A DNA stretch of 64,000 bases from an uncultured delta proteobacterium. GTDB taxonomy: Bacteria; Desulfobacterota; Desulfomonilia; Desulfomonilales; Desulfomonilaceae. Location: NCBI GenBank assembly GCA_963789265.1, contig CAWBKB010000001.1, positions 416,001 through 480,000 on the forward strand, read 5' to 3'. Made by a program: the position numbers and the translations under genes. How positions within the stretch are numbered: position 1 is the first letter of the stretch; each line of letters begins with the position of its first letter. This document shows positions 40,812-50,212 of this stretch, piece after piece. A model generated the notes under the pieces. That model did not search any database and was not told where the DNA came from. It was given only the letters and a program-made list of their open reading frames with translations.

Positions 40812-42158
40812 TCAGTCCTTGTCAATGATTTTGCTTACTATACGGACGAACATCTCTCCCCGGTGGAATTCGTTCCGAAACATCCCGAACGATGCGCAGC
40901 CCGGAGAGAGTAGTCCCACGTCTCCTTGCTCGGCTTCTTCCACCAACCTTTTTACAGCACTTTCGAGATCGCCGAACCGCCCTACCACCTTATGCTCTCC
41001 ACCGGCATCAGCGATTTTTCCGTAAAGAGCCTCGGTAGCGTCCCCTTCGAGCAGCGCGATCTTATGTGTTTGCAAAGCCGCGGCACGCGCAAACGGTTGC
41101 AGATCGAGCATCTTGTCGGAACCCCCGGCTATGAGGAGAATGCGCTTGCCATCCACCGAGTCCAGGGCAGCGCAGCCGGACACAGGAGTGGTGCTGGTGG
41201 CATCGTTGATGAACCCCACCCCATTCTTCTCACCTAGCCACTGGAGGCGGTGCTCAACCCCTCTGAAAGCCTCCACCACCGCCCGAATGACCTCCACCGG
41301 AACCCCCATGTTTCGGGCAAGGGACGACGCGGCGGCGACATTCTCTCTATTATGCCTACCTGGAAGCTGTATATTCCAACTTCCCGGGATGTCCTCGATA
41401 TGAAAAAAGCTCTTCCCAGCAGGGGCTCCTTCAGCCAATTCCACGGTCAGAGCCTGATCGCCATTAAAAATACAGAAGTCCTTGTCCTGTTGGTAGAGGA
41501 AGATCGCCTTTTTATCGTAAATGTAATCGTCCATGTTCGCGTAACGATTCAGATGATCGGGATGAATGTTCGTGAACACCGCGGCCTTGGGCGAGAGTCT
41601 GGCGTCATGAAAACCCTGAAGCTGCCAGCTCGACAGCTCAAGAACTACTGTATCCGTCTTGCGGGCGCGTTCCAGCAGTGGAAGCGTCGCTTGCCCCATG
41701 ATGTTGCCGGCAAGAAACACCCTTGGCCTGGCAACAGAAAGTATTTTATGAATAAGGGTCGTTGTAGTCGTCTTGCCGCGCGTTCCGGTGATCCCAACGA
41801 CTTCGCCTTGGAAGTTTTTGCAAAAGAGGCTTTCATCCATCTCGACAGGCACGCCGCTGTCTGAGGCCATTTTAAGAAATTTGGAGGAACGTGGCACGTC
41901 GGCATTACGCAGAATCATATCTGCCGTGACAAAATCTGCTTCATCATGGCCCCCGAGATGAAACGTGATCGGGAGCCCTTCGAGTTTTTCCAACGAGGGG
42001 GCCAGTTGGTCTGCGGTCTTGAGGTCTGTTACCGTCACTCGCGCGCCGCTACGGACAAGGAAGAGGGTATCTCCCAAACCGCGGCCCAGCAGCCCTAGCC
42101 CCATTACGGTAATCTTCTTCCCGTTGAACATTGCAGCGGGATCGACCATAGATCTCAC
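40812..42158 (-). CDS. murD: UDP-N-acetylmuramoyl-L-alanine--D-glutamate ligase
   Basis: GITGTRGKTTT, ELSSWQL, NIHPDHLNRY, EHRL, SPGCASF. Confidence 0.92.
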   Translation of the reverse strand: MRSMVDPAAMFNGKKITVMGLGLLGRGLGDTLFLVRSGARVTVTDLKTADQLAPSLEKLEGLPITFHLGGHDEADFVTADMILRNADVPRSSKFLKMASDSGVPVEMDESLFCKNFQGEVVGITGTRGKTTTTTLIHKILSVARPRVFLAGNIMGQATLPLLERARKTDTVVLELSSWQLQGFHDARLSPKAAVFTNIHPDHLNRYANMDDYIYDKKAIFLYQQDKDFCIFNGDQALTVELAEGAPAGKSFFHIEDIPGSWNIQLPGRHNRENVAAASSLARNMGVPVEVIRAVVEAFRGVEHRLQWLGEKNGVGFINDATSTTPVSGCAALDSVDGKRILLIAGGSDKMLDLQPFARAAALQTHKIALLEGDATEALYGKIADAGGEHKVVGRFGDLESAVKRLVEEAEQGDVGLLSPGCASFGMFRNEFHRGEMFVRIVSKIIDKD

Positions 42159-42159
42159 C

Positions 42160-43608
42160 TTAACACGCGGTATCCGGCTCCGCCATCTCCACCGTTAGGG
42201 AAAGGGTGGACGGGATCGCTCCGCAGCGAGGGCAAACTTCTATGGGAGCGCCATTGTCGAAACCGCAAAGTGGGCACGCCGAAGGAAACGTGTGTGTCCC
42301 ACCTTTCCCTTCGGTCAATTCCATGATTTCGCCATCAAGAGACATGACAAGACTCGCCAAGTTTCGCACAACGATATGAAGCATCTTGAGTTGCAACAAA
42401 GGATCCAGTTCCTTGAAAAGTAAAGCATTTATCTGAAGCAACTTGCAATCCTCTTTGGCTATCACGCCGGCAGACCTTTTACGCCTGGCAAAAGCCCCAA
42501 TTTCTCCGAAACAAGCTCCCGGCAGGAAATCCGACAGCTTGCGAGCTCTCTTGACCACTTCCACGTTGCCCTCGAGTAGGACGAAGAAGTTCGAGTCACT
42601 TTCATTCTCGCTTATTATGTGCTCGCCGGCCCGGCATGTTATGAACTCACTCACTTTTATCAATTGCTGGATCTCTTCCTCAGAGAATAGAGAGAACATC
42701 TCGAACTTCTTTAGACTTTGGACTAATTCCTTGTCCGGAGAAATAGCTGTGCGTAATCCCGATCTAAGGCATTCCCCGAGCGCCGTCGCCAGATCGCCGG
42801 CGCGTGGGAAGCGCCTGACGGGTGACTTTTCCAGACAACGTCCCACAATCACGTCAACTTCCTGCGGAATCTCAGAGTTGATTCGCCCCGGGGGAGGAAG
42901 ACCTTCCGTACAGATTTTGGCCAACGTCTCTTCGGTGCTGGCTCCTCTGAAAGGCGCCTGCCCGGTTAACAGTTCAAATAGAACCAGCCCAAGTTGATAG
43001 ATGTCTACTCTATGATCTTGTTCACGACGCAGGACTTGTTCCGGGGCCATGAACCGCGCAGAGCCGATAAGAGGTAGGCGATGGCCTTTCAGGTGCTTCC
43101 TGAATCGAGCGATGCCGAAATCAGTGATCTTCGGGACACCTTGAGCCGATAGGATAATGTTCTCGGGTTTGATGTCGCGATGAATGACGCCCTTCTCGTG
43201 AGCATAATCCAACGCCAGAGCCAACTCATAAACAATCTCTATAGATTTCTTGATGCTGAACGGAGACGTCCGAATGTGCTCCAAGATGGTCTTGCCGTAA
43301 ATGAACTCCATAACCATGTAGAGCAAGTCACCTTTCTTGCCCACATCGTAAATGACCACAATATTAGGATGCAGGAGAGCCCCCGCGGTCTGAGTCTCCA
43401 AGAAAAAGTCCCTCATGACATTTTCTTTTGAGACCTCGATGCCCGGCAATGTCTCCAACGAAAAGGTCTTAATGGCAACGGGTCTTCGGATAATCTTGTC
43501 CATTGCCAGGTATACCTGCCCCATTCCCCCTCCGCCCACATAGCGGATGATGTCGTAGCGTTTGATTCTGTTCAGGGTTGCGTGCTCAATCTGATTCATC
43601 CGATTCAT
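42160..43608 (-). CDS. Hanks-type Ser/Thr kinase with cNMP-binding domain and C-terminal zinc ribbon
   Basis: GGGGMG, VAIK, HRDIKPEN, DFG, APE; FGEIG...RSA; CPLC...CPRC. Confidence 0.92.
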   Translation of the reverse strand: MNRMNQIEHATLNRIKRYDIIRYVGGGGMGQVYLAMDKIIRRPVAIKTFSLETLPGIEVSKENVMRDFFLETQTAGALLHPNIVVIYDVGKKGDLLYMVMEFIYGKTILEHIRTSPFSIKKSIEIVYELALALDYAHEKGVIHRDIKPENIILSAQGVPKITDFGIARFRKHLKGHRLPLIGSARFMAPEQVLRREQDHRVDIYQLGLVLFELLTGQAPFRGASTEETLAKICTEGLPPPGRINSEIPQEVDVIVGRCLEKSPVRRFPRAGDLATALGECLRSGLRTAISPDKELVQSLKKFEMFSLFSEEEIQQLIKVSEFITCRAGEHIISENESDSNFFVLLEGNVEVVKRARKLSDFLPGACFGEIGAFARRKRSAGVIAKEDCKLLQINALLFKELDPLLQLKMLHIVVRNLASLVMSLDGEIMELTEGKGGTHTFPSACPLCGFDNGAPIEVCPRCGAIPSTLSLTVEMAEPDTAC

Positions 43609-43679
43609 GAGACCTGTGCTTGCATTAAAATTGGCGCTTCATAGCGGACGGCCTCATACTCGTGTAAGGGCACGGCACG

Positions 43680-43890
43680 GAAACCATCTCAAGACTATTT
43701 TGATGCCTAGAATTGTGGCACGATAGGGCCTGATTCGTATAGTTGTTGCCCTCACCCCAACCCTCTCCCAGAGAGAGAGGGAGCTGTACCAAAGCAGCTA
43801 TCCGATTCCCTTCGTCCTTTGTGAGGAGGGACAGGGTAAGGCGATTTCGCGTTACGATCTCGTCGTGTTCAAGGGTTTTGAGACACTTTC
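43680..43890. mobile_element. MITE with IS1182-type ends and 4-bp TSD (CACG), inserted in a REP hairpin
   Basis: GAAACCATCTCAAGA...TTTTGAGACACTTTC flanked by GGGCACGG-CACG and CACG-CCGTGCTC. Confidence 0.75.
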
Positions 43891-43951
43891 CACGCCGTGC
43901 TCCTACCGGCCTCAGCGATAACAACGGTGGCGCCTATTCAGACAAGGCCGG

Positions 43952-44716
43952 TTATCGGATCTCAGAGAGAATCAGCGGTCCGTTGTCCGTGATTGCGATT
44001 GAGTGTTCAAAGTGAGCGGAGAGTTTGCCGTCTGCGGTCACCGCGGTCCACTCGTCATCGAGGAGTCTGATTTTCCATGTTCCTTCGTTCACCATCGGTT
44101 CCAGGGCCAGTGCCATCCCAACCTGCAAGCGCGGATTCCAGCCGGCCCCTTTGTAATTCGGAATCTGGGGAGGCTCGTGCATCCTTCTGCCTATGCCGTG
44201 ACCTACAAAATCACGCACAACTGAAAAGCCCTGTGATTCCACATGGCTCTGGATAGCACCGGAGATGTCTTGGAGCCGATTGCCAGCCACGGCTTTCTTT
44301 ATCCCTTCATAAAGAGATTCTCGCGTAATGTTCAACAGTTTGAGGGCTTCAGCGGATATTTCCCCCACAGGATATGTTTGCGCTGAATCTCCAACAAACC
44401 CCCTATAGACCACTCCCACGTCAACCCCGACAATGTCCCCTTCTTTGAGGACACGAGAGCCGGGAATCCCATGGACCACCTCCTCATTGACAGACGAGCA
44501 GATGGCCGCAGGATAAGGCTTGTTGTTGCGCATCCGATAACCCTTGAACGCGGCTTTTGCCTTGGCCTGGATAATCATTGCTTCGGCCACTTTGTTAAGT
44601 TCACCTGTTGTGGTGCCGGGTTGGATCATTTGCCCTAATCGTTCCAAGATTTCGGCCACAATTCGGTTCGCATCTCTCATGGTCTCGATTTCACGAGAGG
44701 TTTTTAACACGATCAT
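43952..44716 (-). CDS. map: Methionine aminopeptidase type I
   Basis: SVNEEVVHGIP, GHGIG...HE, EPM, SAHFEH. Confidence 0.97.
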   Translation of the reverse strand: MIVLKTSREIETMRDANRIVAEILERLGQMIQPGTTTGELNKVAEAMIIQAKAKAAFKGYRMRNNKPYPAAICSSVNEEVVHGIPGSRVLKEGDIVGVDVGVVYRGFVGDSAQTYPVGEISAEALKLLNITRESLYEGIKKAVAGNRLQDISGAIQSHVESQGFSVVRDFVGHGIGRRMHEPPQIPNYKGAGWNPRLQVGMALALEPMVNEGTWKIRLLDDEWTAVTADGKLSAHFEHSIAITDNGPLILSEIR

Positions 44717-44952
44717 CGGATTTTTCACAACCGTCGCCCCTGCTTCCTGAATCCTAGCCGCATTATACAACGCCAATCGTACCATACCAGAAATTTGAGG
44801 CGCATGGATGGAGAAATCTCGCGACGATGGTAATAGTTCACCGCGGAGAATTCCGTTTTCTTCACACGTCTACGCGATGATTCCTGTTCGCTCTCGTATA
44901 AGTGAAAATCGGCAAAAGGTTTTCTCTGAACAGTTACCATTCGGTACCGCCC

Positions 44953-45609
44953 TCACGGAGTATCGTTCGTAGGCAAAGCAGCATCGTCAACGAAAGGTCG
45001 AAATGGTCGCCTTATGACCCAGCGCTTCCCTCCCGCGGGCAGACGCCCTATCAAGTGACGTCCCAAATGTATTTGCAATTCCGAACCTCGCATGCTGCCA
45101 AACCGAACAATCCTTGTTGGCATAAGGGACAAAAGCCATGCACCCAATTTCTTCAGCAGACCCGACCCGGGAGTTGCAGGCCTGGCATATAATCTCCTGT
45201 CGATAAAGCTGCGCACGTTCATAATGCGGCCGATCGCCCGGCCCGCAAGGCCGCCGTATATTCTCCGCGACTCTTTCCCTCTGTGTGCTGATACTATTCG
45301 GCCTAAAATCCAACTTGGTTCCACGACGTACGGGTCGACAAGATTGTTGTTGTCTCCTCTGGTGAGTACTCCTTGAGCGTCGCTGGAAACCACCCGATGG
45401 ACTATCGCTTGCCCACCATCAGGATGAATGAACAAGATGACGTCTCCGCACCTAATCGTCCTGCCGTCATACGGGACTATATGGAGGATATCTGAAGCTC
45501 GGAATGTGGGATTCATGCTGGGACCGGCATAGAACATCCATTGCCCGGTTAGGAACCGAAGACAACTGACTTTGGCAGGCGCATGATCTGGCGAGCAATC
45601 CATATTCAA
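44953..45609 (-). CDS. S26 signal-peptidase-like protein of the RiPP cluster
   Basis: GPSMNP (Ser), IVHRV, TRGDNN; no obvious N-terminal membrane anchor. Confidence 0.8.
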   Translation of the reverse strand: MNMDCSPDHAPAKVSCLRFLTGQWMFYAGPSMNPTFRASDILHIVPYDGRTIRCGDVILFIHPDGGQAIVHRVVSSDAQGVLTRGDNNNLVDPYVVEPSWILGRIVSAHRGKESRRIYGGLAGRAIGRIMNVRSFIDRRLYARPATPGSGLLKKLGAWLLSLMPTRIVRFGSMRGSELQIHLGRHLIGRLPAGGKRWVIRRPFRPFVDDAALPTNDTP

Positions 45610-45661
45610 TCCATGTAACCGCAGAGTGCGCAGAGAAGCAAAAGTGTATTCAGTTCAGCGT

Positions 45662-45763
45662 GTAGGATGTGCTGAACCCGGCCAAGGCAGGGGAAGCGCA
45701 TCGGCCGCGTCCGCGCTCCGTCTTACACAATCGATGCGCTTCGCTTCGCTCAGCACATCCTAC
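45662..45763. repeat. ~100-bp GTAG-REP element (near-identical copy at 58875-58976)
   Basis: GTAGGATGTGCTGAAC...GCTCAGCACATCCTAC. Confidence 0.85.
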
Positions 45764-45892
45764 AAAATTACTAGATCGGAAGTGTCCTCGCTGTTACAGA
45801 CCGGAATTTATCATGTCTTATCGCGTGAAAGTTGAAAAAATCTCAGCGTGCACAGCGTTCTCTGCGGTGAATATCACGTTCTCCGCGGTGAA

Positions 45893-46813
45893 CTATTTCC
45901 GATCCAATGCCTTCTCTATTCCTTCCCAGAAGCGACCGGTGAGGCTCGCTCGCAAAGTGAAGGTCGGCACGGCTTTGGCGAGATCGCACGAATTCGCAAA
46001 TAGCTTCAAATTGTTGTCTCTTTGCACGTCGTTTTCCGGACGTCGCCACATTCGCCCGCACACCTGACCTGCCGACTGGTTGATCCTTGCCGCGGCTCGG
46101 GCCTGGCCGATGCGGGCGACATCGTCGCTCTCGCCCTGGTCCAAGAAGAAAATCGCAGAAAGTGGAGTCGGTCTCTGCACGTTCCAAGTCTTCTCGGCCC
46201 TCCGAAAAAGGTAATCACTCCATGTCGGGAACGGATGTGCATGGTAAGATCCGGATGCCGAACGCACTACGAGTGTCTCGTCATCACATAAAACCTTCCA
46301 AGATTGGGGAACGCGTCGGCAGCACGTGCTCTTGCCTCGGCCTCCACTGGCCGCAATCAGAATTCCCTTACCGTCATGCTCGACCAAAGCCGCGTGGAGT
46401 GGCGTACCTCCCTGGTCGATTGCAGCCCGATAGAAGGGGAAAACCGCCTGCTGCATGGCCAGGATTGCCGGATCGTGATGCCCTATATCCAACAGTTCAC
46501 AAACCATGTCAGGTACGTCGGGATTGGACCAGATACGCAGTGCTAAGAGATCGTGCATCTTCCAACCGCTGTGCGGAAGAGCGGATGGCTTGGGTAACAG
46601 AGGGAGGGGATTGGCAGTTTGACAACGGCCGATTCCTTCACCGCATTTAACGATGCTTATTTTTCGGAGCCCATCTGACTTTCCCGGCCTCAAAGTCATG
46701 ATTGAAGCCAGTTGGTTCAGCCAGGCCGATGTACCGTTGCTCGCAACGAGGCGCCATGCAAGGCCGTCATTCAGATGGAGGATATAGGAGTTGTCACCAC
46801 ATGTTTTCTGCAT
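45893..46813 (-). CDS. scmC: SynChlorMet cassette protein ScmC (HPr-kinase-like P-loop protein)
   Basis: LHAALVE..GKGILIAASGGRGKSTCCRR...LCDDE...HPFPTWS. Confidence 0.88.
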   Translation of the reverse strand: MQKTCGDNSYILHLNDGLAWRLVASNGTSAWLNQLASIMTLRPGKSDGLRKISIVKCGEGIGRCQTANPLPLLPKPSALPHSGWKMHDLLALRIWSNPDVPDMVCELLDIGHHDPAILAMQQAVFPFYRAAIDQGGTPLHAALVEHDGKGILIAASGGRGKSTCCRRVPQSWKVLCDDETLVVRSASGSYHAHPFPTWSDYLFRRAEKTWNVQRPTPLSAIFFLDQGESDDVARIGQARAAARINQSAGQVCGRMWRRPENDVQRDNNLKLFANSCDLAKAVPTFTLRASLTGRFWEGIEKALDRK

Positions 46814-46874
46814 CAGTTATCTCAGCATCAAGCTTCTGTCAGTCGCTTTACGAGCTTGCTGACGAACTGGTTGA

Positions 46875-47081
46875 TTAGCCTCCATAAAAACCTGAAGAGC
46901 AATTCCTTGCGCCCCCACCATTCGGCTTACAGAATCCGCCCCCAGGAAACACTCCGTAATTCTTGCAAACCCCGGCATCCCCGCTCCCCAACGGGTTGCA
47001 AGCCCCTGAGGCGTACAGGTCATCCCGGTCGTCCATGTCCACTATCACGGGTTGGGTGTACGGAGGTCGCGAATTTTCCAT
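46875..47081 (-). CDS. Putative RiPP precursor peptide (68 aa, Cys/Gly-repeat core)
   Basis: TGATG overlap with scmF stop; GGAAGG RBS; leader PPYTQPVIVDM; core with C28, C39, C51, C61. Confidence 0.8.
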   Translation of the reverse strand: MENSRPPYTQPVIVDMDDRDDLYASGACNPLGSGDAGVCKNYGVFPGGGFCKPNGGGARNCSSGFYGG

Positions 47082-48220
47082 CAGCCGCATCCTTCCATAT
47101 TCTCCGGGCGATTTTGTCCCGGTGCAAAAAGCCGTGTCGTAGGAAACAGATCTCTCTTTGCAGCTTCCTCGCAGTACCAGTGTGGCGCCCAGAGGCTCTT
47201 GGAACGATAGAAATTCTGGGCCACACAGTTTCCGAGGCAGACACCCTTCATCAGGCAGTCACCGCATATTCCTTGCAGACGCCTCGGCAGGCCATTTCTC
47301 AGGTTTTGAAGAATAGGATTGTTGTTCCAAAGATCTTCCAACCGATCACGACCTGCGTGGCCGAAGACAAGCTCCGGCACGGTTTCTCCGATGCCGCAAA
47401 GCGCGTACGAACCATTACCGAGCACTCCAAGTATGCCCAATATGCCACATTGCCCGCCCCCGTCTCCTTGCTCTCCGAACATCTTGTTCAATGGACGAAA
47501 GGCCATGGGATGGCTGTAAAACAGCCTGAGCCTTGTTTTGGCAGAAAGTTCAGTCTCGACCCAGCGGCCCAGTTCCACTAGTTCGTCCATGGAGAGCGTC
47601 TCACCGGCCTCGTGCAGGCGTTCGCCTCGTGCCGTGGGCTGAACCATGTTGAACTTCACCGAGCCAGCGCCGAGCGACTCGGCCAGCCGAACCACTTGTT
47701 CCATCTGATCTCTGTTTCGGCGGATCAGAGACATTATCACTTGCGGTCTGATGCCTACGGCGACAAGATTCTTGATCCCGCTGAGGGCGGCATCGAAGCA
47801 TCCCCTAACCCCTCTCATCCATTCATGGGTTTGGGCATCCGAACCGTCCAGGCTCACCGAAACGGACGGGCCTTCACAAGCCTTTATCTTTGCAGCTAAT
47901 TCCGCGCTTAAAGCCACCCCGTTGGTTTCAATGGTGAGACTCAACTCCTGACAGCGGAGATAATCGAGGATTTCGCCTATTCGGGGGTGGATCAATGGCT
48001 CGCCGCCGGTTAATTTGACTGCGGAAAGACCCAGCAGTATGGCCTGATCTATGATGTGGAGAAACAACTCGAAATCAAGTGCAGTGGCTGATGCGCCTTC
48101 GCTCTGGTAGGTGGGTGCTATCCAGCAGTGGCGGCAACGGAGATTGCACTTTTCAGTCAGATAGAAGTAGAGTTGATTTAGAGGAAATTCGCGTTTAGTT
48201 GTCATAGGTTGAGCAGACAT
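47081..48220 (-). CDS. scmF: Radical SAM/SPASM protein, ScmF type
   Basis: YFYLTEKCNLRCRHCWIAP; SPASM CGILG...ALCG...CGDCLMKGVCLGNC. Confidence 0.9.
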   Translation of the reverse strand: MSAQPMTTKREFPLNQLYFYLTEKCNLRCRHCWIAPTYQSEGASATALDFELFLHIIDQAILLGLSAVKLTGGEPLIHPRIGEILDYLRCQELSLTIETNGVALSAELAAKIKACEGPSVSVSLDGSDAQTHEWMRGVRGCFDAALSGIKNLVAVGIRPQVIMSLIRRNRDQMEQVVRLAESLGAGSVKFNMVQPTARGERLHEAGETLSMDELVELGRWVETELSAKTRLRLFYSHPMAFRPLNKMFGEQGDGGGQCGILGILGVLGNGSYALCGIGETVPELVFGHAGRDRLEDLWNNNPILQNLRNGLPRRLQGICGDCLMKGVCLGNCVAQNFYRSKSLWAPHWYCEEAAKRDLFPTTRLFAPGQNRPENMEGCG

Positions 48221-48468
48221 AAGTTGGTAGGACAGGCATCCTGCCTGTCATTCCCAATCGACAGGCAGGATGCCCCTAGGCGTTAAAATAAGCTTCAAGT
48301 CCTCTTCGTCCCGGAGGGACGTGCTGATAATAGCCCGGCGATTTATCGCCGGGAATGAACCGCCAAGAGACTTTTCTTCGTCCCCGAGGGGCGCCCGAAG
48401 GATGCATCCTTCGGGCGCCCCTCGGGGACGAAGATTGAATCATTGCTTATCGGTCACCCGGCAATGAA

Positions 48469-50144
48469 GAGAGTGTCTCAAAACGGTTGTAGTGGCACGA
48501 TGACGACTCTCGGGGTGGTAGGGTGCGGTTAATCTCGCACCTTGGCCTCCCTTGTCTCCGACGAGCCGGGGCCGGCTATGAGTATGCCTCAGGCAGCCAT
48601 GAGTCACTCTCCGTCCTGATGTCTTAGGCCGCGGTTAGCACCAGACGCCCCGTCAGCCAATGGCTGTAGAGCTTCTTGAGATTCAAGGTGGCGCACATCA
48701 AAGACCATTGAGCCTTCGCATTGGATAATCCGGACACGGTCCACCGTCTAAAGTCCAAGTGGCTCTTTATCCATGCAAAGACCGGCTCAATGATCACCTT
48801 GCGGGCTCGGAGTAGCGTCTTGCTTTCCGGGACCTCCCGTTTCTTGCGGTGACGCTCAACTGCGTCACGATAGATGTTAATGTCTATGAGACGGCCATTC
48901 TTGCTCTTGCTGCACTTCCACCGTTCAGGACACGTCAAGTAGTCCCGGCATCGATACCGCCGGATCTCGTTTCCGTTTTTTCCTGTGACTTTCTTCTGAA
49001 GAAAGTTCAGCGATGCGCCTTGCGGACAAATACAGACGTCTCGCTCTTGGTCGTAGACGAACTGGGAAGCGTGATAAGGGTCCCATTGAGCGCCTTTTTC
49101 CGCAGCGGACTCTCCCGACGACTTGGCGACCAAGACCTCGTACTCCTTCTCTTCGGCCAACGCGATTTGAGCCGATGCGAAGTATCCTGCGTCCGCCACG
49201 GTTTCCTCTGCGGTTGCGCCCAAATTTTCCTGAACTCGATCCAGCATGGGAACAAGCTGCCCATTGTCATTGCCTTCGTCGACCACTTCCTCAGCCACAA
49301 TCATGCCGCTTTGTTGGTCTGCCACCGCTTGAGCATTGTAAGAGGGCTCAGTAGACCGCCGGTTCTTCATGTACCGGGCATCCGGCTCGCAGGGATGGAC
49401 GACCTTCTTGTCAGTCTTATCCAATTCCTGCAAGGCCTTCTGTATCCGCTCCTTGCGTTTCAACTCGTCCTGCAGGGCTTCGGGAAGACGCCATTCGCCA
49501 CCCTCCTCTTGCTCGCACCTCTCTGTCTCCGTCATGACGTCGGCAACGCACTTGTCCAAATTCTCAAGCATCCGCTCCAACTGATCTTGGTTCTTGAACT
49601 TCTCCCGAGATGATCCGACAGGGATCTTGGTTCCATCCAATGCATGAACCGCCATACCTATCAACTCGGCTTTGACTGCCACTTGAACCGATTGTTTGAA
49701 TATTCCCTTGAAAACCTTCTTGTTGTCCCTCCAGAATCGCCACAGGGTATTATGATCCGCTGCATTCATACCCGTCAGCCAAATCAATCCCATGTTCTCC
49801 ATGCATGCCTTCTCAAGCTTGCGCGATGACCTGATTCTGCTGAAATAGCCGTAGAGCCATGCCTTCAACAAAAGATCGGTACTATAGGGAGGACGGCCCG
49901 TTTCGCCATTCGGAACTCGAAAACCCAGCACCTCCAAATCCAAGGAATCCACAAAGTCTCCTATGAAGCGCGCTGGATGATCAGGCCCTATCCAGTCATC
50001 TATAGCGGGCGGAAGCAGAAACACCTGCTTGTAGTCGGCTCTGATTTGCGGCATAATCCTTTCCCTCTCCGATTCTCTTTTCACATCTCATTAGTAGAAT
50101 CGGTTGAGAATCGCGAGCCCAAAATCGACTTTTGAGACAGTTTC
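48469..50144 (-). mobile_element. IS1182-family insertion sequence, 4-bp TSD TGAA
   Basis: TIRs GAGAGTGTCTCAAAA / TTTTGAGACAGTTTC; TGAA at 48465-48468 and 50145-50148. Confidence 0.92.
48624..50054 (-). CDS. IS1182-family transposase
   Basis: GRPPY...SSRKLE, ALDGTKI, YNAQ, ADAGY, IEPVFAWIK. Confidence 0.95.
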   Translation of the reverse strand: MPQIRADYKQVFLLPPAIDDWIGPDHPARFIGDFVDSLDLEVLGFRVPNGETGRPPYSTDLLLKAWLYGYFSRIRSSRKLEKACMENMGLIWLTGMNAADHNTLWRFWRDNKKVFKGIFKQSVQVAVKAELIGMAVHALDGTKIPVGSSREKFKNQDQLERMLENLDKCVADVMTETERCEQEEGGEWRLPEALQDELKRKERIQKALQELDKTDKKVVHPCEPDARYMKNRRSTEPSYNAQAVADQQSGMIVAEEVVDEGNDNGQLVPMLDRVQENLGATAEETVADAGYFASAQIALAEEKEYEVLVAKSSGESAAEKGAQWDPYHASQFVYDQERDVCICPQGASLNFLQKKVTGKNGNEIRRYRCRDYLTCPERWKCSKSKNGRLIDINIYRDAVERHRKKREVPESKTLLRARKVIIEPVFAWIKSHLDFRRWTVSGLSNAKAQWSLMCATLNLKKLYSHWLTGRLVLTAA

Positions 50145-50212
50145 TGAATTGCCGGGCTACTATCATTGAGCCCCTACAGGGCTCACAGAGGGCAGGCTCG
50201 TTATTTTAACGC

